From contig JBHGNT010000021.1 in assembly GCA_043228905.1 (NCBI GenBank), forward strand, positions 4,774,001 through 4,838,000: 64,000 nucleotides of DNA, written 5' to 3'. Position 1 is the stretch's first letter. Each line of letters begins with the position of its first letter. Under the pieces are notes generated by a model. It did not search any database. It worked only from the letters and a program-made list of their open reading frames with translations, and was not told the origin of the DNA. Shown here piece after piece: positions 62,401 through 64,000 of this stretch. This DNA is from Azolla caroliniana. Taxonomy: Eukaryota; Plantae; Polypodiophyta. A program made the position numbers and the translations under genes.

Positions 62401-63623
62401 AAAACAGTCCTTACCATTGATCACTTTAAACCCCTCATTACCACTCAATACTCATAGCATTCCAAAACATTAATCATCACTTTATCACTCAAAAGCCCCA
62501 CTTACCATTGATCACTCTAAAGCTCTAAGCACCAATCACACTCGTAGCACTTCAAACTGACTACTCACAAGTACTATGATGGCATTCCAAAATCATAATC
62601 AACATTTGTCGCTCACAAACCCTAAGTATCCTTCATATAAATGGGTCCCTGATTACAATTTACACTGATGTCACCACAAAATCGTTATCATCATTTTATC
62701 ACTCCAAAACAGTACTTACCATTGATCACGTAAAACCCTTCATTACCACTCATACTCATAGCATTCCAAAACACTAATCATCACTTTATCACTCAAAAGC
62801 CCCACTTACCATTGATCACTCTAAAACTCTAAGCACCAATCATACTCGTAGCACTTCAAACTGACTACTCATAAGTACTATGATGGCATTCCAAACTCAT
62901 AATCAACATTTATCGCTCCAAAACCCTAATTATCCTTCGTATCAATGAGTCCCCAAAGCCCTACTTTACGATTTACAGTTTGATAGCACTCCAAATTCTA
63001 GTTTCGCAGTAAACATGTGTACTACAATCACACTCGAAAACCCTAACTATCATTTAGCACTTCAAAATGCCTAATTAACATTTATAACTCCAGAAACCCT
63101 AATTAAAGTTTATCACTCCAGAAAAACCTAATTACCATATACTAATCTAAAACATTGTTTACCAATTATGAATCCAAAAAGCAAATTTTATTCTGATAGC
63201 AATCCAAATCTCAAATTCCATTCACAAATAGAAAACAGCAAATTGGCAAAGAGAAATTCATACCGGACGCTGATCTGCGGGAACCTCGATCTCAAAGGAA
63301 GGATCCCATCCTCCATCTAATCCATTATTACCATTCTTGCCATCTGATCTGTCGCTGCTACCCAGAGCTTTCACGCAGATGAGGAGTCTCGGCCTTCTTC
63401 TCCTTCTTCTACAGAAATCATGGGTATGGGTGGCCATGGGCATCGTGAAAGGAATGGCAGAAGGAAGAGGCTTGGGTGGAGCAGAAGAAGATGTGTATAT
63501 ATAAATCGCCGATGGTGATGGTGATGGTGATGGTGATGGTGATGGTGAAGAGTGCAGAAATGGGTCCCAAGCAAAGTGGGCACGGATGAAATGGTGAGAG
63601 AATCCATGGCTTCTTAGCATCAT
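59466..63623 (-). CDS. CGLD27: CGLD27 / DUF1230 (Ycf36-like) plastid protein, multi-exon
   Basis: Exons: WDPSFEIEVPADQRP (~63262), VNELAALKEGPLYAWAQL..PIAGASFDP (61540-61694), DPLRFFLAGGAG..LRLYL, GWSYVGNRLLSAVVPYEETGWYDGQLWVKPPE (60846-60942), VLARDRLLGAYQ, VKPVMNRLKRTL, AAAAAKAADGRPVYCTDRYYRVLAGGQYCKWEDLRH*. Start codon uncertain (63623 or 63443). Confidence 0.93.
62340..62950. repeat. Direct tandem duplication (about 305-bp period) within CGLD27 intron 1, built from degenerate CACTCCAAAA..ATTACCA modules
   Basis: GATTACAATTTAYACTGATGTCACCACAAAAT at 62346 and 62651, with collinear downstream similarity. Confidence 0.88.
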
Positions 63624-63779
63624 GAAAAAACCCTAAAAACCTAACAAAAACGGCTCCAAAGAAACCGTAGGAGCAGCCAAAACCAGAACCCTAAAACATG
63701 TCTTCTCTCGCAGAGAGAGAGAGACAGACAGACAGAGACAGAGAGAAGACGGGGGGGGGGGGGATGGTTTGGATGGATC

Positions 63780-63853
63780 CGACGTGGCAGATGACGTGGC
63801 AGCCTCGTGCCATGCTGCGCCTTGGCCTGTGGCTACGCGGCCGTCCACGTGGC
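63780..63853. promoter_or_regulatory. Cluster of ACGTGGC (ABRE/G-box) motifs upstream of CGLD27
   Basis: GACGTGGC at 63781 and 63794, CCACGTGGC near 63845; function not demonstrated. Confidence 0.4.
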
Positions 63854-64000
63854 GGCTCGTGCTTGAACGTCGCTTTCACACTGCCTTGCACGCAATGGGC
63901 ACTCACCCAGCGTGTGCCCATTGGGCTACAAGTGTCCCAATGGCACACAAAGTGTATCCCCCTGGACATGCCACTACATCCCTCTTGCGGACATAGCAAA

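Overview
Eukaryotic land-plant nuclear DNA. The LTR families and gene set suggest a seed-free plant, most likely a fern; this is inference. The window has two parts. (1) About 1-27,340 is a nested LTR-retrotransposon island. It holds three full-length, co-oriented (minus-strand) Ty1/Copia elements (5272-11014, 12406-19602, 20030-27340), each with paired LTRs, a tRNA-iMet PBS, a PPT and a perfect 5-bp TSD. It also holds relics of a Tcn1-like Gypsy, a Tork/Tnt1-like Copia and a LINE, the 3' end of another Gypsy-type element, and seven solo LTRs from four groups. (2) About 27,700-64,000 is gene-rich, with four intron-containing genes: a DUF4378/TRM-motif protein with CEP350-like features, an ABC1K/UbiB atypical kinase, a PRONE-domain RopGEF and CGLD27 (DUF1230/Ycf36-like). 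Most interesting signals: (a) two diverged solo LTRs each carry an antisense tRNA-derived Pol III-type cassette at an equivalent position; (b) the TGT(C/A)GT...CGACA LTR group has CpG-centred 4-bp target sites; (c) all three Copia elements have a duplicated PPT bracketing an extra region in frame with pol after RNase H, plus a conserved alternative-hairpin motif at the PPT/LTR junction; (d) a CEP350-like gene. All coordinates and alignments were done by eye; no searches were run.
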